Source: Mobula hypostoma (lineage: Eukaryota). Taken from it: a stretch of DNA of 64,000 nucleotides. The translations under genes and the position numbers were made by a program. Of this stretch, positions 48,549-62,151 are shown in pieces. The notes under the pieces are model-generated. The model worked only from the letters and a program-made list of their open reading frames with translations. It did not search any database and was not told the origin of the DNA. Within the stretch, counting starts at the first letter, position 1, and each line of letters starts with the position of its first letter. The DNA lies in contig NC_086109.1 in NCBI RefSeq assembly GCF_963921235.1, positions 16,742,001-16,806,000 on the forward strand, written 5' to 3'.

Positions 48549-50357
48549 TCCCTAAGCATGCGGCAAAAACAAAGACTGCTTCCACTGTCCTTGATTCATT
48601 TGAATTCACTGATTTGTAGATTGTTATTCGTTCTGGCCAACGTGCCGAATGCAGGAAATTGAGACTAGCTGGATGGACAGGGTGATCAGCACGGACTGGA
48701 AGTGCTGAAGGCCCTGTCTCTGTGCTGTGTTGCTTTACGACTCAGTGACTCTCACCTCAAAGCTAAGCCCTCTGGTATATGACTTTTTCACCCTTGGAAA
48801 AAGACTTGGGTCAACAGGTTTAAAATTTACCAAGTAAAATCTTATCTCTTTACAAGTTGTCTCAACTCCGCTTTACAGTGCCCTGGCTACAGCTGCCATG
48901 CAACAGCATTTGCTTCATTGACCCGAATGCCTTTGATGTTACAAAACATCCCCTGATACTTCACAGCAGCATAATTACTTAGACATTGATGCTGAGGAAG
49001 GAATGCATGATCAAAGGTTTGGTCAGGCAGGAGAGAGAGAGGAAGATGTGTTCAGAGTTTTGGAGTGGGAATTAGTGCCTAGATGGGAGAAGGTATGGTT
49101 GCCAATGTCAGGCAAAGAAAGCCAGAGGTGTACTGTGACCCACATGTTCTCAGGGGTGAGTTAGATATTGATAAAAGGTGTATAGACAGGGAGGTGCCAA
49201 AATCATGGCATGATTTCTACATTATGATGAGTGCTGGGTGAATCTAAGGGTGAATTCCAGTCTGGAGATAACGTACTGCTGCAGGAGGGGCTCAGGAACA
49301 GATCATAATTGCACTACCCAGTATTTTTCCATCACCCTCCTCCCACCACCATCCAGGATCCACGGAGCTTTTTTTACAAACAATCACTCAAGGGACTGGC
49401 GTCTCTATGCCTACTTCTTGTGCAAAGTGAGACCAGGCCCAGAGCTGGGAGAAAGATTTTGCTGGTTTACCTCATCGCCGCTCCCAGGGGCCAGCGGCTG
49501 ACTCACCTCATACCTGGTGCGGAGCAGTTGAACTTAATCAGGCACCAAGGGACCAGTAATTACCTGGCATCAGCTTTCCGAAGAATTGGCAGCAAATGGC
49601 TCTGGATTAAAAAAAAACACAGCAAAGCAGATGGGGAGCATATGGAGTTGTGCAATGTTTTCTTATACTGAGAAAGGAATGAGGACCTGTTTTGAATGTC
49701 TTGGTGTGTTTTATATCATTGTTTGACAGAGACCAGGTGTATAGAATGGAGTTGGCTCCAAGGCTTCCCTCTGAATAGAGTAAAGCCAATTTCTATACAT
49801 TTCCTAATGAAAATGTGCTTTTAATTCAGCATGAGATAAACTGTTGCCCATTTAGAGACCATAGTTTGGAAGATTTATGGTGATACATATAGTAATTGGT
49901 CTCTCTTTAGAGAACTTATCACATGGGCAGCGTAAAAAGAGCCTCACCACATTGAAGCAGACTGAAATGACCCATGAACTTGTTGTTAGAAAATTTGGAA
50001 AATTTACGAAAAGGTCCACTACTCAACAACAAAATCTCTCACACTAATAAGTCCCAAAGTACACATAAACAAAGCATATGATATTAAAGAAATAGATCAG
50101 TGTATGATGTTCCAATGGGTCTCTGCAATGTGTGAGTGTATGTAAGACCTTAAGAGATAGGAGCAGGATTAGGCCATTGAGCCCATCGAGTCAGCTCCTC
50201 CATTTCATCCTGGCTGATATTTTCCTTCTCAAACCCTTTCTCCTGACTTCTCCCCGTATCCTTTCACATCGTGGCCAATCAAGAACCTATCAACCTCCGC
50301 CTTAAATGCACACAATGACCTGGCCTCCACAGCTGCCTGTGGCATTGGATTTCACAG

Positions 50358-50368
<11 letters not shown>

Positions 50369-50408
<40 letters not shown>
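50369..50408. repeat. (TG)n microsatellite preceded by (AT)n
   Basis: Direct reading. Confidence 0.95.
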
Positions 50409-50412
<4 letters not shown>

Positions 50413-50735
50413 GCTGGCTGTGCAGCTCTGTGGATACGTGTGTATAAATATATATATATAAAGAATCATTGTGTGTGCCCTTGTGTGTGTCTGCCTGTGT
50501 GCATATAAGCACATGGATATGTGTGCCTTCCTCTGTGTGTGTGTGTGTGAGAGAGAGAGAAAACATATGCATGCATGTCCTAGCTGTGCATGTGTAAATA
50601 TAGAAGATTCTACACACAGACCAGTCTTGCTGGATCAATGGGTCTGCTGCAGAATAATCCTACAACTCAGCCACTGCTTACTCCTGAGATTTCTAAATTC
50701 AAATCAAGGCAAAATATTGTAGATGATGGAAATGT

Positions 50736-50739
<4 letters not shown>

Positions 50740-50797
<58 letters not shown>
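50740..50797. repeat. (CA)n microsatellite
   Basis: Direct reading. Confidence 0.95.
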
Positions 50798-50800
<3 letters not shown>

Positions 50801-51385
50801 GATGCAGGCCCAACCAGAGACCCTCCATTGGTCAGGGTCGATCATGGATGTTGTGCCCCAGCTGTCTAACGTAATATGTAAGCCAGGACAGTACAATATG
50901 GAGAGTAAGCTGTTTACCATGTAGCAGGCTTCCCAACCCCTCAACTCCATGCAGTTGGTGAATCTAAAGGAACGGCGGAGACTGACACGGGATTTGTCAG
51001 TCTGCATGAACTCAGCATAGGACCGTCTTGAGCACTCCAGCTCCAGAATTTTGCTCAGGGTCTACTCCCGAAGCCTTGCCCATGAGTGGATATATCATCA
51101 AGGCAGAGGAGATTTGAGATCAGAGTTTTGCTTCTCTTAGATGAGCTGCCAACCACGGCTGACGAGCCCCACCCGTCCAAAGCGACTGGTTTTAAGGCCC
51201 CTGTAACCCACCTTTGCCTCTTCTCCTGTCATTAGAAATGGTTCTGCCGGGCCTGATGTGAAGGCCAGGAGCTGGACTTGGTTGTGAGAGGCTGTCTGAG
51301 GTGCACACCAATGGGAGCATTCAATAGGTAATGGGAGCTTATCCTTACTACCATCCCCAACCATGACAACCTTAACGAGCCAGGC
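50798..51385 (-). mobile_element. RTE-derived non-autonomous element lying between CA tracts
   Basis: 3' part resembles the tail of SINE 46619-46930; RTE-leader-like tagatgagctgcc..ggctgacgagcccc block. Confidence 0.6.
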
Positions 51386-52302
51386 ACATATGCACTCAGA
51401 TTCAAATCCACACACACACACACACAGTCACTGAAACACACATACACACACACACACACACACATTCTGACTACACATTCAACACATTCACACATACATA
51501 GAGATTCACACACAAACTTAGTCGGAAGTCCAACATATGAACACAGATTTACACACTAGGTTACGATCATGTACTCACAGAGAGAGTCACACGTACACAC
51601 AATATACGCTCACAAGTACAGTACCTGAACTCTGACTGAGACTGAGACTGAGAGGAGAGCCTGACCCAGCTACAGTTGAATTGAGTGTGGTTGATAAGGG
51701 TCGGTATTTGACAGGAGCAGATCAGCGATCACACTTTTGCGCGGGAAGATACTCAAAGTCTCGGTCAGCACCTATATTTGGTCTTTGCTTCACTGGAACT
51801 CTCCTGGATAGAACCCTAGATTTGGCCATCATGATCAAGTTTTTTTCCAAGTTGACTTAGAGCAAATCTGCAGTCGACTTTTATCTTTGACTGTGGGAGT
51901 AGGCATCGACAGTGGAAACAGTGTTAACTTCAAGGCGTTGCAATTCACTAGGTGCAACTGTGCTTCGACTGTGAGCTGCTTCTAATGTTCTAATGACTAA
52001 ACTGTGAAGATAGCCCCAGGTTATAGGAATAGAAACTACTATCCTTCTAGTGCTGCAGAATGCATATTCTATATCCCTTTATTAATAGTCTTTCGTGAAT
52101 AAAGTGATAAATGGAGTCTTTGTCATCTGCAGTTCTCCGATGGTGCAATTTATTTCCCAATTAAAAGGAGTCTGGCTCAGACACAATACTTAATACTTCA
52201 CTTTAGTATTACCACCATAAACCTGGTCTCTCCAATTTGTTATACACGGAGATGTTCCATTTGTATCCAGAGATATTGTCTTCTATTTTTCACATCCTGC
52301 TA

Positions 52303-52988
52303 AAGGAGGAGGAGAAGATGGTGGCATGACGCAGCGCGGGCGGCCTCTCCAGTGAATGATATCTGTAATCTGTCAAGTAGGGGACTGTGCACAATTCTGA
52401 TTTGAAGGAGACAGACGTGAGAGTACAGAGGAACATCTGGAGAAACTTCTGAAATGCCCGCTTCGCTGCCGCTGCTACTGTGTGGTAACCGGAACCTCTG
52501 GAGCAGAAGGCCCCGAATCCTCGTCTTTGCTTGTTTCAGCGGCCCGGGCTAGGTCGAAGGCACCCGGCAGAGGATGGCGCTCGGGAGGCTGTATCGGAGG
52601 GACTGGTCGGAGGCTCGAAGATTTCGGATGGACGGACTCGGTGTCGGCTGTGGTCGGCTGCTTCCAAGGCATCACCAGTTGTTGGTGCCTTGGAGGTTTA
52701 TGGCAGGGAGTTTCTCCCTTGTGCCGCCTGCTATCAGGGACTCGGGAGTCGATCGGGACTTGAGACTTTTTTTTTACCATGGCCATGGTCTGTTCTTTAT
52801 CAAATTATGGTATTGTTTTGCACTGCTGTAACTATATGTTATGATTATGTGGTGCTGACAGTGTTAGTCTTTGGTTTGTCCTTTTTTTTGTGATATCACT
52901 CTGGAGGAACATTGTATCATTTCTTAATGCATGTATGCATTTCTAAATGACAATAAAAGAGGACAGAGTGTTCTCATAATCTAATCTA
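52303..52988 (+). mobile_element. Non-autonomous retroelement, copy 3
   Basis: End-to-end similarity to copies 1, 2 and 4. Confidence 0.85.
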
Positions 52989-53777
52989 CTTTGGGGAGAA
53001 TGGAATTTTATAAAAATCCCACAGTGTTGAAAATGCTTCCCAATATAGGCAGGACTATACCCTAATGTTTGAATGAAGAATGAGGAGTTATCTACATGAA
53101 GACCCATGCCCTATCTCACTCCCTGAGCAGGGACTATCTCAGTGTGTGATGGAAACAGCACTAGAAAAGGGGAAAACAGCTTTTTTCCACTCATCCTGAC
53201 AGCTCTGTTAAAATGGGACACCACACAAGCAAACAAATGGAAATTCCCTACATTTCTGAAACACTTCCCTTGATTTTAAAATCTTGCAACAAATAAATTA
53301 CCTTGGACAAGATTTAATCGATACGGTTTGTGGATTGGACTCTGTCGTTCACATTATGATAGGTTTCTGGTTTCTGGTCGCTCCTTTTTTTGTTGCTATT
53401 TTGGGTGACTTTGAATCGGGGCAGCGTGCCGATAATGAACACTGAGCTGAACAAAATATGCATGAATTCTTTCCATTTTGTATTTTATATTCTGTCTTTA
53501 TCGCTCGTTTTTTTGTGTTGCCGTTTGCGCAATCCTTATTGCGTGTGGGGGGGGGTTGATGTTTTTCTTTGAACAGGTTCCATGGTTTTCTTTGTTTCGT
53601 GGCTGTCCGTGGGGAAGATGAATCTCAGGGTTGTATTCTGCATACATACTTTGATAATAAATGTACTTTGAATCTTTGAAATATAATTTCTATTGTAATG
53701 TACGAAATACAATAGAAACTTTATGCAGAAGCAAGTCCCACAAAAAGCATTGAGTTATATGGTCCTTAATCGGTAGA

Positions 53778-54015
53778 GACACAAGAAGTTCTGCAGATGC
53801 TGGAAATCTTGAACAACACAAACAAATGCTGGGGGAACTCAGCAAGTCAAGCAGCATCTATGGAGGGAAATCCATAGCTGACGTTTTGGGCTGAAACCCT
53901 TCATTAGAACCTGAGTCCTGGTGAAAGGCCTCGGACCAAAGCATCGACTGTTTATTTCCCTTCAGAAATGCTGCCTGACTAGCTGGAATCCTCTGGCATT
54001 TTGTGTGTGTTGCTC
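53778..54015. mobile_element. Penelope-derived fold-back element (degenerate)
   Basis: Tail plus inverted arms of about 90 bp around two decayed hammerhead cores. Confidence 0.72.
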
Positions 54016-55460
54016 ATTGATTATAGGCAATAAAGAATTATTGATAATTTGGTGACAAATATTCATTGAGATTAACTACATCTGTAGGCAGAGAAACAAA
54101 GCTTTTCGATCGAAGACTTTGTCAGAAATAGGTAGGAAAGTATTTTCTGCTTTTATTTCAGATTTCAAGCATGTTTTTTTTATTTTCATATTAGCCAATT
54201 TATCAGGACTTTTTCAAGTGTCACTACATGATATCTTCCATTCACTTTGGAGGAGTGACATAATTTCACTTTTAAAAATCTCACCCAAAAGTTAATGTTT
54301 CCAGTTGTGTTGAATTCCTTCAGTAGTTTCCCTCACTGGATTATACCCATAGATTAACTATTCAAATTGGATTTAAAACTCACAACTTTCTAACTTCCAC
54401 AATAGTATTATCCACTGATCCAAGAGTAACGCTTTGTAGCTGGTTTTACAAGTCTCATAGTTGGAGGTATGTTCTTCAACTTGACAACACTGTTTTCTAT
54501 GGAAACACTGCATGGTGCTCAGAGACACAGAGTACTGAAGATCGCGTGGCAGCAAGGGATTGTCATACTGGAATAAAAATAAATACTTCAGCAAAAAATT
54601 GCCTGATTTTGGTACTGGAGAACATAATGCACCCAATCTCAGCAAGCTTTGCAATTAACAACTTAAGATATTCTGAGACAGTTTGCAGGTGCATTATCAG
54701 AGAAAAATGGAGGAAAAGTACCCAAAGATTTGGTAAAAGAGTTATGGCGTCATAGAGTCCCGGAGTCAGGCAACATTGATAAAGGTCCTTCAGCCCAATT
54801 CATCCACACAGATCAAGATGTCGATCTAAGCTAGTCCCATTTTGCTCATGTTTGGCTCATATCCTTCTAAGCTTTTCTTATCCATGTAGGTTGGTCTTAA
54901 GAAAGAGAAAAGGTAAGCGGAGAAGCTGCGAGTTTGAAAGAGGGAGCTCTATTCCTCCCTCCTTCAACCTCTCGCATTCATCTCCTGTGGACCAGTGGAG
55001 CAGTACAGCTCCCTCCTACAACCTCCCCGGCAGGAGAGAAACTGCAATCAGAAAGGCGGTTCTCCCAGGATACGGCTATCCCATTGGACTTTGGGTGTGT
55101 TGACACCTGACAGGGGAGAGACCACAATCAAAAAGGCAATTCTCCCAGGTGAGGCTATTCCATTGCACGTTGGATGTGCTGCCAGCTGCCATGTCTCTAA
55201 ATGTGGGATACCCAACTGCAAAACTTGTGGTAATGGGGGACTGCATTTGTGTTCACTTTAGGGGTACAACACTATTGCAGCTCGAGGCATTGGAGTTTGG
55301 AGTTCTATTTCGGTGCTTTCTGTAAGGAGTTTGTACATTCTCCCCATGACTGTGTGATTTCCTTTGGGTACTCTGGTTTCCTCCCACAGTCCAAAGGTGT
55401 ACCAGTTAGAAGGTTAATTGGTCATTGCAAATTGTCCGGTTTTAGATTAAGGTTAAATAG

Positions 55461-55572
55461 TGGGTTGTTGGGTTGGTGTGTCTTGTTGGGTTGTTGGGTT
55501 GGTGTGTCTTGTTGGGTTGTTGGGTTGGTGTGTCTTGTTGGGTTGTTGGGTTGGCGTGTCTTGTTGGGTTGG
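55461..55572 (+). repeat. 26-bp minisatellite (4.3 units) inside a SINE
   Basis: Unit tgggttgttgggttggtgtgtcttgt. Confidence 0.9.
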
Positions 55573-58500
55573 AAGGGCCTACTTCATAGTATATCTCTAA
55601 ATAAATAACTCTCCACTTCTCTTGTGAGAGGCACAATGGTGGGTGAATAGAAGTGGCAAATGGCCAACATGGACTTTAGAGGACAAGAGACTTCTTGGAT
55701 GGTTGCTGAGATAGAGGAACACAGAAATGAGGAATGGTGAAACAGTGGAAGGGATGGAAGGAAAGGAAAAGGTCAATTGGGTTCAATGGAACTCAAGCAC
55801 AGGAGACATATGTGGAGAAGAGCTCCTTCCGATTTCGCTTTCACTCTGTGCAACAATTCTAATTCCTCTCTGATGTTGCTGAGGAGTCTAATGGTTGAAC
55901 AGTTCATCCATTAGCAGATTGTAGTGACCCAGTCCTGAGTGCCAAATTCTGATTGAGTCAAACCACTTAGATAGATAAAAAAAATTCTATAGCAAACATT
56001 TTAATCTTTTACTCTAGTGAGTGGGATATGTTTACCCTTTGACGCAACTTGCTTCATGAAATCAGAAGAATAAAATTGAAAGACCAAAGGTCAGAATCAT
56101 GCATGCTAAATTCTTCAAAGGACCGTCTCTCTAAGAAGTAAAGCTTTTTCTTAAATTGGTAGATTTGGGAGTCTGTTATTCTCAGAACCGATGCAAACAC
56201 TTCAGAATATTAAATAAGGTAACTTAAAGTTAAAAGGCAAACTTTTAGTAAGAACAACTGAAAGTGAAGAACTCGTGGAGCATTTTATCTTCCGATAGAT
56301 TTAAGAGTCCTATTCCTGTTCATTGTTCATCTGTTTATATGAATGAACATTGCATATACCAGGGGAATGAGTTTCAATCAAAACTCCTCCACATTACGTC
56401 CTTCTGCACAAGGATTTCTCTTGTATCTCTCTTGCTTTGAATGAAAGGGGCAGATTCCTGATCTATCCCTCATGTATAATAAATCTCACTTTGATTTTCC
56501 CTTGAGTCTTCCTTCCCAGCTTATTTATCACAGTTAGGCAGAGGCTTAGTAACTATTACAATTTCACAAATTGCATAAACAGCTTACCAAGCTACAATAT
56601 CAACTACTTTTTAATTGTAACTTAATAGGATTTCTGCATTGCATTAGACAGTGAAGTGAGGCACACTCATTAAGAGTTCTGCAGCAACACAAGGCATGCT
56701 ATGAGAGCCTCCGTAGTATCCAGGACACCTTCAAGAAGCGATGCCTCGAAAAGGCAGCATCCATCATTAAGGATCTCCATCACCCAGGTCATGCCTTGTC
56801 CTCATTGCTACCATCAGGAAAGAGGTACAGAAGCCTGAAGGTACACACTCAACAATTCAGGAACAGCTTCTTCCCCTCTGCCATCTGAATTCTGAACGGA
56901 CATTGAACCCTCGAACACTATCTCACTACTTTTTTTTATTTCTGTTTTTGCACTACCTATTTAATTTAACTATTATATATATACTCACTGTAATTCACGT
57001 TTTTTTTCTATCCTAATTTATTGCATTGTACCGCTGCTGTAAAGACAACAAATTTCAGACATATGCCGGTGATATTAAACCTGATTCTGACCTTGATGAA
57101 GGCTAATGTACTATTACACTGGCCTTCATTAAGGCAGCAGGTTTGTGTGATGGGGTTAAGAGAGGGGTTTGTTTTACTGCTGTTATCTTCTTTTGTTATT
57201 GTTGTTGCGGCTTTGGAAAGCACATTTGAAGCCACCCCCTTCTTAAGCTGGCCCAGCAACTGTCCGTGACTCCCACGACAAATGATCTGCCTCTTGGGAG
57301 GTACTTCATTGACCGGTACTTGTGTGTCCATGTAAGTGCACGTGGGAGCTGCCACCCTCGTCCTTGCAGCCTCTGTCTCTGTAATGGTATTCATAATCTA
57401 TGTTGAGGAACACACAGAAAATGCTGGAGGAATAAACAAATGGTTCAACTTAACATCAGCAAACGTATACAGTATACAACCTGACATTCTTACTCATTGC
57501 AGACATCCACGAAACAGAAAAAAAATCCCAAAGAACATATGACAGAAAATGTTAGAACCCTCAAACCCGCCATTCCCCTCCCACACACAAGCAGCAGCAA
57601 AATCATCAACCCCCCCCCCCCCAGCCGCCACGCAAGCAATAGCAAAACCCCCGGAAACCATGAACCAGAGCCCATCAAAAACTACCATCCACCCCAACAC
57701 CTTGACACCTCAGACAGTCTCTCTCAAGGAGAGAGAGAGATATCACTCCTGCAACAATGAGAGGGGAGACCAGCAGCTCACTGTCCTGATGTTACAATCT
57801 TCTGCATCGTTTCTCCGAGCACCCCCCCCCCCACCCCACCCTGCCGAGCTGAGGACCAACAGACTCTCACTCACCATCGAGAGAGAGAGGGAAAGTTGCT
57901 CGAGTGCAGGGGCCACCTGACAGCAGCATCTTCAGTCTCAATGGTTCAATCTCTCAGACGATGTTTCGGACAGGGGCTCTTCATCAGTACCTAATGTATG
58001 TTTTACAACGTTGCTATTAGTTTTCAGGTTAATATTTATGGTGATGGCTTGGAAGCACTGCTGCTTAGCAGTATCATAATGTATGTTGCTTCTCTATGCT
58101 GCCTTTAAAGGCTGTTGTCCTTAGACTGGTGTTCAGTAATTTGTCTAATGCTGTGCTAAATTGAGCATGGTCCTGTCAGGCATCATGCCTTTTAGCTCCT
58201 GGTTGTAACTGTCACAGAAAATGCATGTCTAGGCAAAGTAGTAGTACTAGCTAAGAAAATAATAGAAGCCAATTAAATCCAGATCTGTCTTCCAAATGTG
58301 CTGCTTTGAAGTCCTCCTTGGAAGTCAGCGCTGCTCATGGGCTTCCCACCACAATCAAATTTGCAAAGGAGCTGAGTCTTGGAGTTTATTTGCCAAGAAA
58401 TTATAGTGCTCGACTCATGGCTCCTAAAATTTGCAAAGAGGCACATTAAAGGTTTTACTCAGCAGTTTAGTTTTGTTCAAGCAAACAAGACAATACTGAA

Positions 58501-58811
58501 GGAGTATTGGTAACAAATAGACAGAACATACCAGTGTAGAAGAAGCAGTCAGGCAAACATCAAAGACAACAGAGTAAGAGTGATGGAGACAACTCTGCTT
58601 ACTACAGATGTAACTATGGTGATTGTGACAGTGTGTCCTCTAGCCAGAAAAGTGAGACGTCTGTGGTGAGAATTTCCCAGAAAGGTCTTCCTAAAACATA
58701 ACGTCCTGTGGTCTTTACAAACTTCAAAATATCAACTGCTTGATCCTACAAGCAAGGAATCCAAGATATACAATTTATCCCTAACTGATAAACCAAATCT
58801 ATACAAAAATA

Positions 58812-58981
58812 CACATAAAAATTGCTGGTGAATGGTCAGGACCCTGTCAGGACGAAGGGTCTCGGCCCGAAACGTCGACTGTACCTCTTCCTATAAATGC
58901 TACCTGGCCTGCTGCATTCACCAGCAATTTTTATGTGTTTTGCTTGAAATTCCAGCATCTGCAGATTTCCTCGTGTTTGCG
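58812..58981 (+). mobile_element. Penelope-derived element with short inverted 5' arm and 14-bp TSD
   Basis: TSD tctatacaaaaata 58798-58811 / 58982-58995; gacgaagggtctcggcccgaaacgtcgactg. Confidence 0.88.
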
Positions 58982-59069
58982 TCTATACAAAAATAGCAAG
59001 TTTTCTGTCCTGGCTTCAGAACAGTGTGGTTTCAGGGACCATGCTGTTCTGCTTGCGCACAAGAAAAAT

Positions 59070-61130
59070 AATTGAATTGAATTGACTTTATTTCTAACAT
59101 CCTTCACACACATGAGGAGTAAAAATCTTATGCTATGTCACCGTCTGAATGTGCAATGTGCAAATTACTGTAATTTGTAATAAATAGTATGTACAGTAAG
59201 ATATACAACAGAACTGTCAATATAGCTTAGAAATACAATCGTGTCAGCATAAATTAATCAGTCTGATGGCCTGATGGAAGAAGCTGTCCCGGAGCCTGTT
59301 GGTCCTGGCTTTAATGCTTATGGTACCATTTCCAGGCGGTAGCAGCTGGAACAGTTTGTGGTTAGGGTGACTTGGGGTCCCAGTGACCCTTCGGGCACTT
59401 TTTACGCACCTGTCACTGTAAATGTCCTGAATAATGAGAAGTTCATACCTACAGATGCGCTGGGCTGTCCGCACCACTCTCTGCAGAGTCCTGCGATTGA
59501 GGGAAATACAGTTCCCATACCAGGCAGTGATGCAGCCAGTCAGGATGCTCTCAACTGTGCCCCTGTAGAAAGTCCTTAGGATCTGGGGACTCATGCCGAA
59601 CTTCTTCAACCGTTTGAGGAGAAAAAGGTGCAGTTGTGCTTTTTTTCACCACACAGCCAGTCTGTACCGACTCAATGAGGTCCTCAGTAATGTGTATACT
59701 GAGGAACTTAAAGCTTTTCACCCTCTCAACCCCAGATCCTTTGATGTCAATAGGGGTGAGCCTGGCTCCATTTCCCCTGTAGTCCACGACCTACTCCTTT
59801 GTTTTTGTGATACTGAGGGAGAGATTGTTTTCTTGATACCACTGTGTCAGGATGATGACTTCTTCTCTGTCGGCTGCCTCATTATTATTTGAGGTAAGGC
59901 CAATCAATATAGTATCATCTGCAAATTTAATTAGCAAATTGGAGCTGTGGGTGGCAACACAGTCCTGGGTATACAGAGAGTAAAGGAGAGGGCTTAGTAC
60001 ACAGCCCTGAGGGGCACCTGTGTTGAGGGTCAGTGGGGCGAAGGTGAGTGAGCCCAATCTTATCACCCACCAGCAATCTGACAGGAAGTCCAAGATCCAT
60101 CTGCACAAGGCAGGGTGAAGGCCAAGGTCTCTGAGCTTCTTGTGAAGCCTGGAAGGAATTATGGTGTTGAATGCTGAACTGTAGTCCAAGAACAGCATCC
60201 TCACATAAGCATACCTCCTCTCCAGATGTGTAAGAACAGTGTGTAGAGCTGTGGCGATTGCATTATCGGTCAATTGGTACTGTCAGTAAGCGAACTGTAG
60301 GGTGTCCATTGTGGGTGGTAGCATGCTGTGGGTGTCGTCCTTGACCAGAATCTCAAAGTATTTGCTTATTATTGAGGTGAGAGCGATAGGACGCCAGTCG
60401 TTCAGACATGTTACCTTGGTCTTTTTAGGTACAGGGACAATGGTGGATGTTTGGAAGCAGGAGACCACTCTACACTGGGAGAAGGAGAGGTTAAAAATGT
60501 CTGCAAACGCACCAGCCAGTTGTGTTGAGCATGGTCTGAGTACCCACCCTGGGATGCTGTCTGGTCCTGCAGCCTTGCAGCTGTACACTCGTTGGAAATG
60601 TCTGCATACTTCAGCCTCAGAGATGACCAGGCTGCTGGTCACATCATCTGCAGGTCTCCTCAGGGGCTCAGTACTGGTGACATCGAATCAAGTGTAGAGA
60701 AGATTTAGCTCATCTGGGAGAGAGGCATCGATGTTGGAAACACCACTGTGTTTAGCTTTGAAGTCTGCGATAGTGTGCAGAACTTGCCATACGCTGTGTG
60801 TGTTGTTGGTGGAGAGGTGTGTCTGGATCTTGGCCCTGTGTTGTTGTTGCATTGTCTTGATGACTTTGCGTAGATCGTAGATGCATTTCTTGAGTTCCTG
60901 TTGGTTTGTCAGTGGCAAAAGCTCTGTCTCCCGTGGTGAGTGCAGTGAACACGGAACTGTTAATCCAGGGTTTCCGGTTTGGATAGACCCTGACCGATTG
61001 TTGGGGGACAACATCCTCAATGCACTTCCGGATGAAGCTGGTGACCCCGTCCGTGAACTTGGAGACACCCTCATCATGAAAGACATTCCAGTTAACGTCA
61101 CCAAAGCAGTCCTATATCATGAAGACTGAT
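59070..61130 (-). mobile_element. Rex/Babar-type LINE, 5'-truncated and frameshifted
   Basis: KAAGPD, LNDWRPIALTS, FLDYSSAFNTI, GAPQGCVLSPLLY, KFADD, FYRGTVESILT; (aattc)n tail. Confidence 0.92.
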
Positions 61131-61267
61131 TGGTAGGACCAACAGTGGACGGTTTGATTTTGTCAGAGTGTGTGCGTGTTCTGGGCTGAGTTATTTTAAT
61201 TATTTTAGTTTATTTTATTATTAGCAAGAACACCATCATCCAGGGCTTACATTGCTAATCTCAATAA

Positions 61268-61777
61268 AGTGCCCACTTTATTAGGTACCTCCTGTACCTA
61301 ATAAAATAGCCACTGAGTAGATGATCATAGGCTGTTGTAATCCATGGTTATTTGAATTACTGTCACCTTCCAGTCAGTTTGAATCAGTCTGGTCATTCTC
61401 CTCTGACCTCTCTCATTAACAAGATGTTTTCGCCCACAGAACTGCCACTCAATGGGGATTTTTTGTTTGTTTGTTTTTCACACCATTCTCTGTAAACTCT
61501 AGAGTCTGTTGTCTGTAAAAACCTCAGAAGATCAGCAGTTTCTGAGGTACTCAAACCACCCTGTCTGGCCACGGTCAAGGTTATTCCATAGTCCAAGTCA
61601 CTTGGGTCACATTTCTTCCACCACTCTTATGTTTGGTCTGAACAATAACTGAACCTCTTGACCATATCTGCATGCTTTTATGCAATGAGGTGCTGTCATT
61701 TGATTGGTTGATTAGATATTCTCATTTGCATTAATGATCTGGTGTACAGGCGTACCTGATAAAGTGGCCTCTGAGTG
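61268..61777 (-). mobile_element. Tc1-like deletion derivative, copy 3
   Basis: GLSTSETADLL..SRVYREWCEKQ in ORF 61393..61596; TIR at 61755-61777 and TIR pair at 61268-61318. Confidence 0.85.
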
Positions 61778-62151
61778 AATGTAGTATGACACAATCACCA
61801 GTGGATTATTCTGGTCAAGGTGTCCATACCACAGAATGACATAGGGGAAAAGATGGAATTTAATGGTTAAGGATTTGGTCCATGAAATTCCCACATCCGA
61901 AGGAAGAGAGAAGGATTTTGTCCATCACGATTCTTCACAACTAGAGGGATTTGGGTGTAATTTGCTCCCTGGGGTTCTAATAAAAAGACGATTTACAATT
62001 GACTTTCGGAAGATGCCTACATGGGCTCAGAGGAATGATTGTCATTGCACTGAATCTCTGATGTTGCAAAGAAATACCTGATGTTTCATACTTATTTTAT
62101 CTGAGAACTTTGTCCACTTATTTCTGGTGATAGGATGGAGGAAAGTTAGGT

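Noticed and set aside
50369..50797. Functional hairpin from the (TG)n and (CA)n tracts
   Set aside because: Common microsatellites; complementarity is trivial and nothing suggests selection
58480..58700. Processed pseudogene or exon
   Set aside because: Short open frames with no recognisable protein and no good splice acceptor
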